Shown in pieces: positions 43,721 through 61,051 of a DNA stretch of 64,000 bases. Source of the DNA: the human T2T-CHM13v2.0 reference genome, Homo sapiens. Each line of letters begins with the position of its first letter. Within the stretch, counting starts at the first letter, position 1. The position numbers and the translations under genes are program-made. The notes beneath the pieces are model-generated. The model made no database searches and was not told the origin of the DNA. It saw only the letters and a program-made list of their open reading frames with translations. Location: assembly GCF_009914755.1 (NCBI RefSeq), contig NC_060926.1; one strand, given 5' to 3'.

Positions 43721-45633
43721 ATGCCTATTAGTGACTTCACCCGACTCCCACCACTCACTTTCTCTGATGTTTTGAAGGCCTGGTGTTCGCTGATTTCACG
43801 TTTCCTTAATTTCTTCTTTGTGCCTTTTTTTTTTCCTTTTCGCTGCCAGTAATAAAAGAGTTTATTACTTGTCAGCAATGATGAATGTTCGTGTGGCATC
43901 CAGCGTTGAGTTCCTATGTACGTAATTTGAGATAAGTAAAGATAGGAAACTGCTGATTTGTTTTGATGCGAATGCAGAAAATAATGTGGTAGTATGAAGT
44001 CTGGCCGGTTGCAGTTTGTTTTTAGGGGGGAAACTTTAAAAGTTCATGTTGTGTCTTCTTTCTAAATATGCTGAAAGTCGGATTTATTTAAAAGGCAATT
44101 AAATTCAGTGAATACAGAGTATCTTTTTATAACACTAATGTTAGTGCTAGGCACTGGCGGAGTCCAAAAATGTGTAAAAAATGTGTGCAGGAGGGAGTGG
44201 TTAAGCACACTAATGATATGAGGCTGACTGCAGTCCAGTGTTAATGGAAGCTCACACTTACTGAGCAGTTGTTTTCAGCTGGGCACTGTGGAGGGTACTT
44301 TACTTGCATTTTAATTTAATAATGTATAATAATTAGCATACACTTGATTTAATTTTTTTCATTCAAAAAAATTTTAGTACCTACTGTGTACTGAATGCTA
44401 AGGATACAATAGTGACAATTACAGACTCTGCCTTTAGACTCTACAGTGTCATTGGGCAAAACAGATATTAAGCAAATAATCAGGGCCCGGAGCGATGGCT
44501 CACGCCTGTAATCCCAGCACTTTGAAAGGCTGAGGTGGGCAGATCACCTGAGGTCAGCAGTTCTAGACCAGCCTGGCTAACATGGTGAAACCCCGTCTCT
44601 CTCTACTAAAAATACAGAAATTAGCTGGGCGTGATGGGGGGCGTCTGTAATCCCAGCTACTCAGAAAAACTGAGGCAGGAGAATAGCTTGAGCCGGCGAG
44701 AGGTAGAGGTTGCAGTGAGCCAAGATGGTGCCACTGCACTCCAGCCTGGGTGACAGAGCGGGACTCCATCTCAAAAAGTAAAATAAAATAAATAATCACA
44801 CAAATAAATGCCAATAAGCAAAGACAGAGGCTAAAATAAAGAATGTAAGTTGTTTGTGAGAGAAGGTAACAGGGGGACTTATCCAAGCTGGGAAAGTTTT
44901 CCTAGGAAAGTAATCTTTGAGCTTAGATATTAGGGATAAATAGGAATTAGGGGAAGATGACTCCCAAAGGAGAGAAGAAAGGCTCAGGCAAAGGAAATAG
45001 ATGGCGCGGAGGCTAGGGAAGATGGTCATTTCAGGAACTTCAGCAGTTGTTGTGTGGAAAGCAAAAGGGTGCTGTGATAAAGTAGGTTAGGGCCAAAGAG
45101 ATGATGCAGGGCTTTTTTTTTTTTTTTTTTTTTTGTTACAGAGTCTCGCTCTGTCACCCAGGCTGGAGTGCAGCGGCACGATCTTGGCTCACTGCAATCT
45201 CTTCCGGATTCAAGCGATTCTCCTGCCTCAGCCTCCCGAGTAGCTGGGACTATAATGCGCGCCACCATGCCCGGCTAATTTTTGTATTTTTAGTAGAGAT
45301 GGAGTTTCACTGTGTTGGTCAGACTGGTCTCAAAATCCTGACCTCTGGTGATCCACCCACCTCGGCCTCCCAGAGTGCTGGGATTACAGACGTGAGCCAC
45401 CGTGCCCGGCTGATGCAGGGCCTTTTAAGCAATGTTAAGGATTTGGGACCAGCTTTTTCTGTTTCTTTTTCTTTTTTAAACTTTTATAGAAAACTTTTCA
45501 AACCACTCAAATGTAGGGAGAGAACAGTACAATGAACTCTCCCGTAATATTACCCAAATGACTTGGATGTTATTTTAACAGTAATAGGAAGTCGTTTAAA
45601 GGTTTACCTCCGTCAGAAAAAAAAAAAGTTTAA

Positions 45634-45928
<295 letters not shown>

Positions 45929-46199
45929 TGAGCCACCGTGCCTGGCCAACTTTTTATTTCAAAAAGTCGTCCTGACTGCTGTGTAGAAACTGGATTGGAT
46001 GGGGACAAGAATGGAAATGAGGAGACCACCTAGAGTTGATGGTGGTTGGGACTAGAATTGTGGCAATGAAGGCATTGAAAATTTAAGAGTACCTAACTGA
46101 TCTCTTCTCATGTTAATAATTTTATATTCACACCTATTGGAGGAATCATGGAAGGTTTTCTAAAGGAGATTGTATGTATGTATGTTTTTATTTATTTGA

Positions 46200-46358
<159 letters not shown>

Positions 46359-46513
46359 TAGTAGAGAGAGACAGGGTTTCACCATGTCGGTCAGGCTGGT
46401 CTCGAACTCCTGACCTCAGGTAATCTGCCCGTCTTGGCCTCCCAAAGTGCTGGGATTACAGGCTTAAACCACCGTGCCCAGCTAAAGGAGATTATATTTA
46501 AAATGAGCTTTGC

Positions 46514-47779
46514 ATTTCCGTCCAGACCAGAACCCAAGATGGCTGCACTCTTGCTGAGACATGTTGGAGTGGTCATTGCCTCCGAGCGCACTTTAGCCCT
46601 CAGCTTTGTATCAGAAATGCTGTTCCTTTGGGAATCATGGCCAAAGAAGAGATGGAATGGTTCTGGAATAAGAACACAGGTTCAAACCGTCCCGTATCTC
46701 CCCACGTCACTATCTAGAGTTGGTGTCTTCCTATGTCGATGTCCATCTGCCACCATGGCTCTGGTATTGCTTTGAGCACAGGGGTCTCTTTTTGGCATGT
46801 CAGCCCTGTTACTCCCAGGAAAGTTTAAGTCTTACTTGGAACTCATTGGTCCCTGTGTCTGGGGCCAGCACTGATGGACACAACTAAGTTTGCACTCGTC
46901 TTCCCTCTCATGTATCATACCTGGAATGGGATCCAACACTTGATGTGGGACCTAGGAAAAGGCCTGAAGATTCCCCAGCTATACCAGTCTGGAGTGGTTG
47001 TCCTGGTTCTTACTGTGTTATTTGTAGGGCTGGCAGCTGTGTGAAGAACTGAGGTGACCAGCATCATCTTCCTACACATTATTGTATTCACCCATCTTTC
47101 AGTTTGTCAGTCTTATCTCCACCCTGGGAAAAGTTCTCCTTATTTGTTTAGATTCTTTTGCGCTTTCAGATCCCCTTGGAACAGTACAGTACCTTGTAGA
47201 CCGTAATGGTGGAAAAGGGTCTAGTTTTCCCCTTGTTTCTAAAGATGGGGTGGCTGCAAAAACTCCCCTTTTTTTGCCCACAGCTTGCCTAATCTGGGCC
47301 TAGAAGCAGTTATTCTCTCTCCATATTGGGCTTTGATTTGTGCTGAAGGTCAGCTTTTGGCTCCTCCTTCCTGGGATATTGGAAACAATGCCAGCTCTGT
47401 GGCTTCTGCCCTGGGGACTGGGGGTGAGGCTTTGGGCACCACTGCCTGTGAGTTGCTGGCTTAAAGGACAGTTCTGTTCATTGGTGAGAGCCAGGCCATT
47501 AACACCTACGCAGTGTTACTGAAAGAAGAGAGGTGGGAGTGGAGCAGAATTAGTCTGTCCCAGCTAGAGAGAGCTAAAGAGGACTAGTTAGTTCTTGGAG
47601 CAGCTGCTTTGAGGAGAAAATATATAGCTTTTGACCCAAGAGGAAGATCCAGAAAATTATTGAATATATTAAAGTTTTTTTTCTTGCATTTCTAGAAAAG
47701 CCTCTTAATTTTTTGCTTTCTCATCCAAGTCATGTACCACTTTTTTCTGAAACTGAATTAAAATACTTATTAAAAAAAA
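46514..47779 (+). pseudogene. SDHCP3: Processed pseudogene of succinate dehydrogenase subunit C (SDHC), with 5' UTR remnant and ~730 nt of 3' UTR
   Basis: ATG at 46539 gives [10 protein letters not shown], followed by a frameshift. A later segment reads [44 protein letters not shown]. Ancestral TGA at 47042-47044, intronless, ATTAAA at 47757-47762 and a short A tail at 47772-47779. The parent gene is secure; the numbered symbol is from memory and less certain. Confidence 0.93.
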
Positions 47780-48568
47780 GGGGGGAGGGCCCTTTGTGAC
47801 ATAAGATAACATTTCAGTATGGAGCCCTGGAATGAGAATGTCCTGGAATGGGAATGTCTTGGTCAGCCCTGGAATGACTCAATAAGTAACCTTGCCAGTC
47901 TCTGCCTAAGTGTCACCTTTCCCATAGGATTTTCTCATTTAAATTACTGTTGTCACTACCACTTTGGTCCTTGGAGTATATAAGTAGCCCATTAAAAATT
48001 TCTAGGAAAGGACAAAAATATATTTTCTTCATTACTATGATTACAGCTAAAATAAGCTGAAACTTTCCAAAAGATTTCATTTTCTATCACTTAGTATATA
48101 GTAAACCAGAATTCACAAAATATACAAATGAACTGTCTTTTAAGTATTTGGTTCTGATGCTATCATAGTTGGTTGCTTTTGGAGGCTTGGGGGCCTAATC
48201 ACATTCCATAGAAGATCTAAGTAAAAGGAACCCAACATGGAAATGTGATCCATTGGTTTCTTTTCCCTCGTGTTTAATACCTGGAATGGCCTTATCCTTA
48301 AAAAGAAACGTAAGCTTCTATATAAAGGTAGCATGTCTGATTGTATAATACCTTGATACAAATCCATAATCTAAAAAAAAGTGGCCAGTTTTTTGTTTGT
48401 TTTTGCATTTTTTCTCCTCAAATTCCTTTTGACCATGAAATATATGTTTTAAAAAATAAAATTGTAATGTGCAATTTTTAATTTAATTTTTAATTATGCA
48501 TTTAATTCTTTTTTTTTCTTCTCTTTTTTTTTTTTTGAGACAGGGTCTCACTCTGTCACCCAGGCTGA

Positions 48569-48664
<96 letters not shown>

Positions 48665-48972
48665 TAGGTGTGTGTTCCCACGTCCGGCTAGTTTTTGTAT
48701 TTTTAGTAGGCACAGGGTTTTGCCAGGTTGGCCAGCCTGGTCTCAAACTCCTGGCCTCAAGTGATTTGCCCCCTTGGGCCTCCCAAAGTGTGGGGATTAC
48801 AGGCATGAGCCACTGTGTCCAGCCACATTTAATTCTTTTGTTTATTTATTTATTTATTTATTTTTAGACAGAGTTTCACTTCGACATCCAGGCTGGAGTG
48901 CAGTAGTGCAATCTCAGTTCACTGCAACCTTTGCTTCCGGGTTCAAGCGATTCTCCCGCCTCAGCCTCCTGA

Positions 48973-49250
<278 letters not shown>

Positions 49251-50566
49251 TGATCCACCCGCCTCAGCCTCCTAAAGAGCTGAGATTACGGGCATGAGCC
49301 ACCATGCCTGGCCAATTTTTGTATTTTTAGTAGAGATGGAGTTTCACCATATTGGCCAGGCTGGTCTTGAACTTCTGACCTCAAGTGGTCCACCTGCCTC
49401 AGCCTCCCAAAGTGCTGGGATTCAGGCATGAGCCACCGCACCCAGCCCTATTTAATTCTTAAGATGTAGTTTTTATATTCAGATTCTTATACACTTATTT
49501 TAAATTTTTGTTTATAGATTTTAAAAAAGAAATCAGACAGTCTCCCAAGTCAGAAGAGTCTCAGACTCCCAATTTATTAATTTTTTTTTTTTTTTTTTTT
49601 GAGACAGGGTCTCACTCTTACCCAGGCTGAAATTCAGTGGCACAATTATAGTTCACTGCAGCCTTAAACTCCTGGACTCAAGCAACTCTCCTGCCTCAGC
49701 ATCCTGACTAGCCAGGACTACAGACGTTTGCCATGATGCCTGGCTAATGTTCTTATTTGTAGTAGTGACAGGGTCTCACTGTGTTGCCTAGGCTGATCTT
49801 GAACTCCTAGCATCAAGAGATTCCCACCACCTGAGCCTCCTAAAGTGCTGAGATTACAGGGGTGCACCACTGTGCCTGGCCTAACGTAAGCATTTTAAAA
49901 TACCACATTCTTAGTAGTCCAAATCTATTTTGACTGGCCTTTCCTGTTAGTGGACATGTTCCATAAAACTCAGTCTTCTCTGTCTCCTGATTGATTTCAT
50001 CACTGCACTTTTTGGGATAGTATTTGAGAAGATGTTCGGTAAACTGTGATATGCTATATCAATGTAAGATGATGGTGATAGTTGGAAGTAGACCGAAGAA
50101 AAATGAAGGCAGTTCTTTTCATCTGTTCATTCTTGTGCCAACTTTATGCTGATAACTTGGATATTTGTCAGATGGCTTTTTTTATTCTCTGCAGTATAGT
50201 ACATGACTTAGGTTCATTCATGTCATATGACTGTGATACATTTGTAGCAGCTCACTCAATTGATATAAATAAATTTTAGTTGGTTCATTTGCATGTTACT
50301 AAATTTATGATAGAAAATGACTGCGGTAATGGTGACTTTGTGGTGTCTCCATGTTAAAATTAATTTTTACATCATAATTCTATGCCATGCTTACAATTAG
50401 TAATTCAGTTTGTTTTTTCCTTATTAGTCCATAAAATTGTGCTACTAGAAACTGTCATACTGATACTGACACTTTTGTCATTAGTTTTAAATCAGTGGCT
50501 TGCACACATTGGTGGGTGGTTCAATAAGTATATAAAACATTTTTTTTTAAGTTTTTGTTTTTTTGA

Positions 50567-50779
<213 letters not shown>

Positions 50780-51637
50780 TGAGGTGATCCGCCCGCCTCA
50801 GCCTCCCAGAGTGCTGGGATTACAGGCGTGAGCAACTGTGCCGGGCTTTTAAAAAGTTTAATTCGTGAAATCAAAAGTAAAATTTCATAATCATGTCAAA
50901 ATTAGGACTTTTTAGATTAAGTCTGAAGATGTTTCTTTTTCTTTTTCTTTTTTTTTTTTTTTTGAGACAGAGTCTCACTCTTGTTGCCCAGGCTAGAGTG
51001 CAGTGGCGTGATCTCGGCTCACTGCAACCTCCACCTCCCAATTCAAGTGATTCTCCTGCCTCAGCCTCCCAAGTAGCTGGGATTACAGGCATGCGCCACC
51101 ATGCCTGGCTAATTTTTGTGTTTTTAGTAGAGACAGGGTTTCACCATGTTAGCCAGGCTGGTCTCAAACTCCTGATCTCAGGCGATCTGCCCACCTCGGC
51201 CTCCCAAAGTGCTGGGATTACAGGCGTGAGCTTGAAGATGTTTCTTACCAATCTCTATAACAGATTATGGTGGGGGATGAGGAAAGAAAAAGGAGTATAA
51301 CACTGTTGTATTCTTAGTATCTTCAGTCCTCAGAACAACCTGAGGGGGATAATTATGTCCATGCTATAAGTTAGGCAGCTGGGACTCAGAGAAGCTAAAT
51401 AACATATACAAGGTCACCTAGCTCAAAAGTGATGTAGCCAGTATTCCAGTAAAACTCAGTTTGAATTTGAGGTCTATTCTATCTTCATTCTCTTTTGCTG
51501 TCATAAAACAAGTAAAAGCAATTTGTCAGTACCTTATAACTGTAAAATGATGGAAAAAAGTATTTGTAATTTCCTAGAGAACAATAACCTATTACTGGAA
51601 ACTCAGTGAAATCCTTTAAGTAAGACTTCTCTTGTAG

Positions 51638-51967
<330 letters not shown>

Positions 51968-52284
51968 TAGAAGAAATTTATTTGCCAGGCATGGTGGCTC
52001 ACGCTTGTAATCCCAGCACTGTGGGAGGCCGAGGTGGGCGGATCATGAGGTCAGGAGATGGAGACCATCCTGGCTAACACATCGAAACCCTGTCTCTACT
52101 AAAAATACAAAACATTAGCCGGGCGTGGTGGCACATGCCTGTAGTCCCCAGCTACTCGGGAGGCTGAGGCAGCAGAATCACTTGAACCCAGGAGGTAGAG
52201 GTTGCACTCCAGCCTGGGCAACAGAGCAAGACTTCATCTCAAAAATAAATAAATAAATAATAAAAATAAAAATAAGTTTATTTA

Positions 52285-52485
<201 letters not shown>

Positions 52486-52691
52486 TCAACCTAGGAGGCG
52501 GAGGTTGCAGTAAGCTGAGACCTCACCACTGCACTCTAGCCTGGGCAACAGAGCAAGACTCTGTCTCAAAAAAAAAAAAATTATTTGTATAAATGTGTGG
52601 GGTACAAGTATAATTTTGTTACATGGATATATTGTACAGTAGTAAAGTCAGAGCTTTTAATGTATCCATCACTGGAATAATTTCTCATCAT

Positions 52692-52720
52692 CCCCCCACC
52701 CCCACCCCCACCCCCACCCC
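52692..52720 (-). repeat. (CCCCCA)n repeat; G-quadruplex-forming potential on the minus strand
   Basis: cccccacccccacccccacccccacccc: five C-runs with 1-nt spacers. Confidence 0.8.
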
Positions 52721-53336
52721 AAGGATCGCTACTCTTTGCTTTGCACTTGCTGCACACTGTGAAGGATACAGGAAATGTGTAAGTCATGGTACTTATCCTC
52801 AGCGATGTCAGATCTGGTAAAGAGAGTGAAAAGAAACAGTAATAAGCAATATCACACAATATGATTTAAATGCCAAAAATCTAAATGCTTAGGAGGAGAC
52901 TATTACTAAGGGTCTAATATTTCATCTTTATGGTGGAAATGGATCTTGAGCTGGGACTTAAAGGATAGTTAGGATTTGAATGCCTAGGACGATGATTACA
53001 ATGTGAACAAAGTAGTAGAATGAACATGTTATGCTTTTGAGATAATGAAGACCAGATCTAAACTATGGAAATATTTTATTTTATTTTTATTTTATTATTA
53101 TTATTACTGTTTTTGAGACGGATTCTCGCTCTGTTGTCCACGCTGGAGTGCAGTGGCATGATCTTGGCTCACTGCGACCTCCGACTCCTGGGTTCCAGCA
53201 ATTCTCCCACCTCAGCCTCTTGGTAGCTGGGATTACAGGCGCCCTCCACCATGCCTGGCTAATTTTTTGTATTTTTAGTAGAGATGGGGTTTCACCATGT
53301 TGGCTGGGTTGGTCTCGAACTCCTGACCTCAAGTGA

Positions 53337-53768
<432 letters not shown>

Positions 53769-54104
53769 TAATTACCATGCCCCTCAGCTCAAATACTTAA
53801 CATTTCTTTGTTGTGAGAACATTTAAAACCCATTCCTTCTGCTATTTTGAAGCATACAGTATTATTAACTGTAGGAGATTATTTTGAATTAGTTGAAAAT
53901 AATGTTGGAGAACTGCCAAGTGAAAAACAAACAGCCCCACCAGATTATAATGTCCAAAAGAGCTGGGATCTTTATCTATTTTGTTCAATATGTATCCCAA
54001 GCACCTAGAATCATTCATGTCTGATATATAGTAGGTGCTGAATAAGTATACACTTTAGTTATTTTTAACAACTTTCCATCATTATAATTGATATACAGTA
54101 AGAT

Positions 54105-54106
<2 letters not shown>

Positions 54107-54161
<55 letters not shown>
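54107..54161. repeat. Pure (AT)n microsatellite, about 27 units
   Basis: Uninterrupted atatat run. Confidence 0.95.
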
Positions 54162-54164
<3 letters not shown>

Positions 54165-54637
54165 TTGTTTCATTTTGAGACAGTTTTGCTCTTGTCACCC
54201 AGGCTGAAGTGCAGTGGTGCGAGCTTGGCTCACCAGAACCTCTGCCTCCAAGGTTCAAGCGATTCTCCTGCCTCAGCCTCTGGAGTACTTGGGATTACAG
54301 GCACCTGCCACCATGCCCAGCTAATTTTTGTGTTTTTAGTAGAGACGGGGTTTCACCATGTTGACCAAGCTGGTCTCGAACTCCTGGCCTGAAGTGATCC
54401 CCCTGCCTGGGCCTCCCAGAGAGCTGGGATTACAGGCATGAGTCACTGTACCATTTTATTTCTTAAAAAAGAAACAAATGAGTCAAGCTGATCTGAATGG
54501 TCAGGGTGGGTGTTTATATTTTTCTCTTTCCTTTGTGTATGTTTGAAATATGTAGACATTTTTAAAGTGAAGCAATTAATTTTAGGAATACTACGTTTGA
54601 AGGAAGAAATCTTATGAGAAAACGTTAATGGGCATAG

Positions 54638-54979
<342 letters not shown>

Positions 54980-54982
54980 TAA

Positions 54983-55321
<339 letters not shown>

Positions 55322-55423
55322 TAGTAGAGACGGGTTTCACCATGTTGGCCAGGCTAGTCTTGAACTCCTGACCTTGTGATCTACCTGCCTTGGCCTCCCA
55401 AAGTGTTGGTATTACAGGTGTGA

Positions 55424-55597
<174 letters not shown>

Positions 55598-56680
55598 TGA
55601 AAAAGTCATTGATTTTTTTTTCAAGCCATGAATCAACCAAATGTCATATGAAGCTCTTAGTTGTTTTTTTTTTTTTAACAAAGTAATCTTTATTGTGGTC
55701 ATAATACATCTTTTCATAGTCATTAGTTTAAATGTGGATACACATTGCTTTTCACAGCTTCAAATTTATGATTTGGAGAGTAAGAGGCAAGTTATATTTC
55801 ATAAGGATTCAAATCTTTGAAATTACTGCTACTCTTAGATTATTAAGAGTAATTTTCTGATAGAGCAAAAGTACTGCCTTTTAAAAAAACAAATGAAATT
55901 GCGGTATAGCACTCTAGGTGTATATATTTTTAGGGTAGAGTTTTTCATCCCAAATTTTATTATGAAACTTTTCAAGTGTGTATAAAAATGGAGAGAACAG
56001 TAAACTCTCATATCTACTCATTACCCATCTTGATGATTATCAAGTTGTGGCCATTTTGATTTTAATTATATTCCATCCACTCCCCAATCCACTTGATTGT
56101 TTGAAGCAAGTTCCAGTTATAGTATTCATCAGTCAATATTTCAGTATGTATCTAAAGCAGTGACTTAAAAAACTTATAGCTACAGTCCCATCGTCACACC
56201 CTAAAAATTAATCATCGCTCCAAAATAACATCAGATATCCCGTCACTATTCAGATGTTACGGATTCTTTCATAACTTTTTTTTACGGTTGATTTGTTTAA
56301 ATCAAAATCGAAATATGGTCCATACATTGTAATACATTGATATATTTCTGAAATATTTAAAGAATCTACTGTCATCACATTTTTCTCCCTCATAATATAT
56401 GTGTTGAAGAAAATGGATCATTTTTCCTAAAGAATTTCCCACATTCTGGACTTTGTTGATTGCATTCTTGTGATATCATCTGATTATGCTCCTTTGTGCC
56501 CTGTATTTCCTGTAATCTGGTAGTTAGATCTAGAGGCTTGAATGGATTCAGATTCACATTTTTGGCAAGAATAGATGATGGTACAAGCTTTTACACTGAG
56601 GCATGTTTTTTTGTCTGGTTGTCTCTGTTTGTGATGTTAGCAGCCATTGATATCATTGCCTAGATTCATTATTGCATTAG

Positions 56681-57450
<770 letters not shown>

Positions 57451-57518
57451 TCTTTTTTTTTTTTTTTTTAAGAGACAGATTCTTGCTCTGTTGCCCAGGC
57501 TGGAGTGTGGTGACATGA

Positions 57519-57752
<234 letters not shown>

Positions 57753-58193
57753 TGAGTAGCTGGGATTACAGGCATGCACCGCCACGCCCAGCTAATTTTT
57801 GTATTTTTAGTAGAGACGGGGTTTCACCTTGCTGTCCAGAATGGTCTCGATCTCCTGACCTTGTGATTCGCCCACCTCGGCCTCCCAAAGTGCTGGGATT
57901 ACAGGCGTGAGCCATCGCACCCGGCTGCTTGCCTACCATTTTTAAGTTGCCATTTTCTTGATTCAGCATTCCCTTGGTTGCTGTAACCCTTCTTTGACTA
58001 TTTTCTAGAGTTCTGACAAAGTTGGTTCTAAGAGTTTCTACTTGTCTTTTGATATTTCTGTAGAGGGGACAGGTGCCTGGACCTACCTGTTCTTCCATTT
58101 TGCTGATGTCACCCTCAAGAGTTTAATTTTCCTTTTTCTTTTTCTCTCACTCTCTTTCAATAAGGAGTTTAAACATTTTAAATCTTGTATATA

Positions 58194-58538
58194 TAATCCT
58201 GTGTCACTTAATGAAGGGCATACATTCTGGAAAGTGTCATTAGGCAGTTTTGTCATTGTGTGAATATCATACAATGTATTTACACAAACCTGATGTTATA
58301 GCCAACTATACACACAGGCTGTATGGTGTAGCATATTGCTCCTAGGCTACAAACCTGTACAGCATGTTACTGTACCAAATACTGTAGGCAGTTATGATAT
58401 AATGGTAACTATTTGCGTATCCAAACATATCTCAACATAGAAAAGACACAGTAAAAATATACTGTTATAATCTTATGGGACCACCATTGTATATGCAGTC
58501 CGTCATTGACCAAAATGTTGTTACACAGTGTATTACTG
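58194..58538. mobile_element. Second Tigger3a/MER7-like MITE
   Basis: Colinear similarity to 40454-40786 (ctaggctacaaacctgtacagcatgttactgta; tataatcttatgggaccaccat) and TA flanks. Confidence 0.8.
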
Positions 58539-59148
58539 TATTTGGAATGTATTTTGGTTATGATAATGCCACATTACTGTGAGTTTATTAAAGGGTTCAT
58601 CTCAGGCTGGAGTGCTGCGACGCAGTCTCGGCTTACTTCAACCTCTGCCTCCCAGGTTCAAGTAATTCTCATGCCTCAGCCTCCTGAGTAGTGGAGATTA
58701 CAGATATGTGCCACTATGCCGAGCTGATTTTTGTATTTTTAGTAGAGATGGGTTTTGCCATGTTGGACAGGCTGGTCTCGAACTCCTGGCCTGAAGTGAT
58801 CCAACTGCCTCGGCCTCCCAAAGTGCTGGGAGTACAGGCATGAGCCACCATACCTGACCTCATCTTTTTTATTAAAAAAAAAAAAATCTGATCGTATAGA
58901 CTCACATATTTTTGTTTTATTCAATGGAGCAGAATCCACTAGTATTGTTATTTTTTTAGATGTTCAGTTTACCAGATTTACCGAATGGGAGCCCCTTCAG
59001 AGTGCCTTTGGGGTCACTTTTTCTTTTCATTTTTTCTTTTTAATTTATTATTTGTTTCTTTTTTGAGACAGTCTCACTAACTCTGTCACCAGAGTTGGAG
59101 TGCAGTGGCGCAGTCTCAGCTCACTGCAAGCTCCGCCTCCAGGGTTGA

Positions 59149-59475
<327 letters not shown>

Positions 59476-59574
59476 TAGAATATTTAGAAACCAACATATA
59501 GGCACTTGATGTGCTCATTGCTTCTGGTATGTCATTGCTTCCAGGCCTTCTCAGCAGACCAGTGGTTTGGACTA

Positions 59575-59860
59575 CACCTGTCACTTGGTGTCCCTGGAAG
59601 ATTGGTTCCAAGACCCCCATAGATACCAAAATCTGCTGATGCTCAAGTCCCTTGCATAAAATAGCATACTATTTGCAGATAACGTATGCACATCCTCCTG
59701 TATACTATAAATCACCTTTAAATTACTTATAATACCTGATACTATGTAAATAGTTGTTATGTAATTTTAAAATTTGTATTATTTTTTGTTGTATTGTTTT
59801 TCTTATTTTTTTTTCCTTGAATATTTTTGATCCATGATTGGTTGAGCCTGCAGGTGCATA
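59575..59860. mobile_element. MER2-like (Tigger family) DNA transposon
   Basis: Contains gattggttccaagaccccc...gataccaaaatc...gatgctcaagtccct and aatatttttgatccatgattggttga. Confidence 0.75.
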
Positions 59861-60023
59861 GGGCTGTTGCCCAGGCTGGAGCACAGTGGCATGATGATGA
59901 CCCTCTGCATCCTTGAACTCCTGGGCTCAAGTTATCCTCCCACCTCAGCACCTCAACTTCCTGAGTAGCTGGAACCACAGAGGTGCACCATAATGCCTGG
60001 CTAACTTTTTTTTTCTGAGATGA

Positions 60024-60122
<99 letters not shown>

Positions 60123-60369
60123 TGAATAACTGGGACTACAGGTGCGTACCACCACACTTGGCTAATTTTTATATTTTTTAGAAGAGACAGGGTTTCACCA
60201 TGTTGACCAGGCTGGTCTTGAACTCCTGACCTCAAGTGATCCACCCATGGCTGGGCACTGTGGCTCACACCTGTAATCCCAGGACTTTGAGAGGCCGAGG
60301 CAGGTGGATCACCTGAGGTTGGGAGTTCGAGACCAGCCTGACCAACATGGAGAAACCTCGACTCTACTA

Positions 60370-60528
<159 letters not shown>

Positions 60529-60531
60529 TCA

Positions 60532-60636
<105 letters not shown>

Positions 60637-61010
60637 TCAGTCTCACTATTTTACCCAGACTGGTCTTGAATTCCTTGGCTTCAGCAATCCTCCTACCTTT
60701 TCCTCCCAAAGTGCTGGAATTACAGGTGTGAGGCACATGCCCAGTTCATTTGTTAAGTCAAATGGTATATTATACTTTTTTTCATAATAAGTTTTAAGAA
60801 GTCTTTCTTTTGTCAGATTATCAGACTTAAAATGTATTTTCTATCATTGCTTTATTTTGATGATGAAAATGACAGCTTTGAGTTTGCTCACTTTTTCTTT
60901 AGACACTTTTAAGTAATACTTTAGGACTACATGGTAACTTACATATTAAGCTTTTTACTTACTTTCTTTTTACTTACTTTCTTTGTACTTTTACAGTAAG
61001 GCGAAAGAGA

Positions 61011-61051
61011 ATGAAAGACGTAGATAACCTCAAAAGTATAAAAGAAGAATG
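61011..61051 (+). CDS. UBXN2A: UBXN2A (UBX domain protein 2A) first coding exon; exon spans 60997-61051 including 14 nt of UTR
   Basis: A long polypyrimidine tract and ttttacAG acceptor (60995-60996) precede ATG AAA GAC GTA GAT AAC CTC AAA AGT ATA AAA GAA GAA TG = MKDVDNLKSIKEE(W), which matches the UBXN2A N-terminus as I recall it. Donor TG|GTAAGT at 61052, phase 2. Too short to appear in the ORF track. Confidence 0.92.

Noticed and set aside
46434-46775. 113-aa Alu-SDHC fusion ORF
   Set aside because: It starts at a non-ATG codon in an Alu and leaves the SDHC frame after about 10 residues. There is no support for expression.
46495-47800. TSD for the SDHC pseudogene
   Set aside because: There is only weak similarity between the flanks (gagctttg vs gccctttg), which is not convincing.
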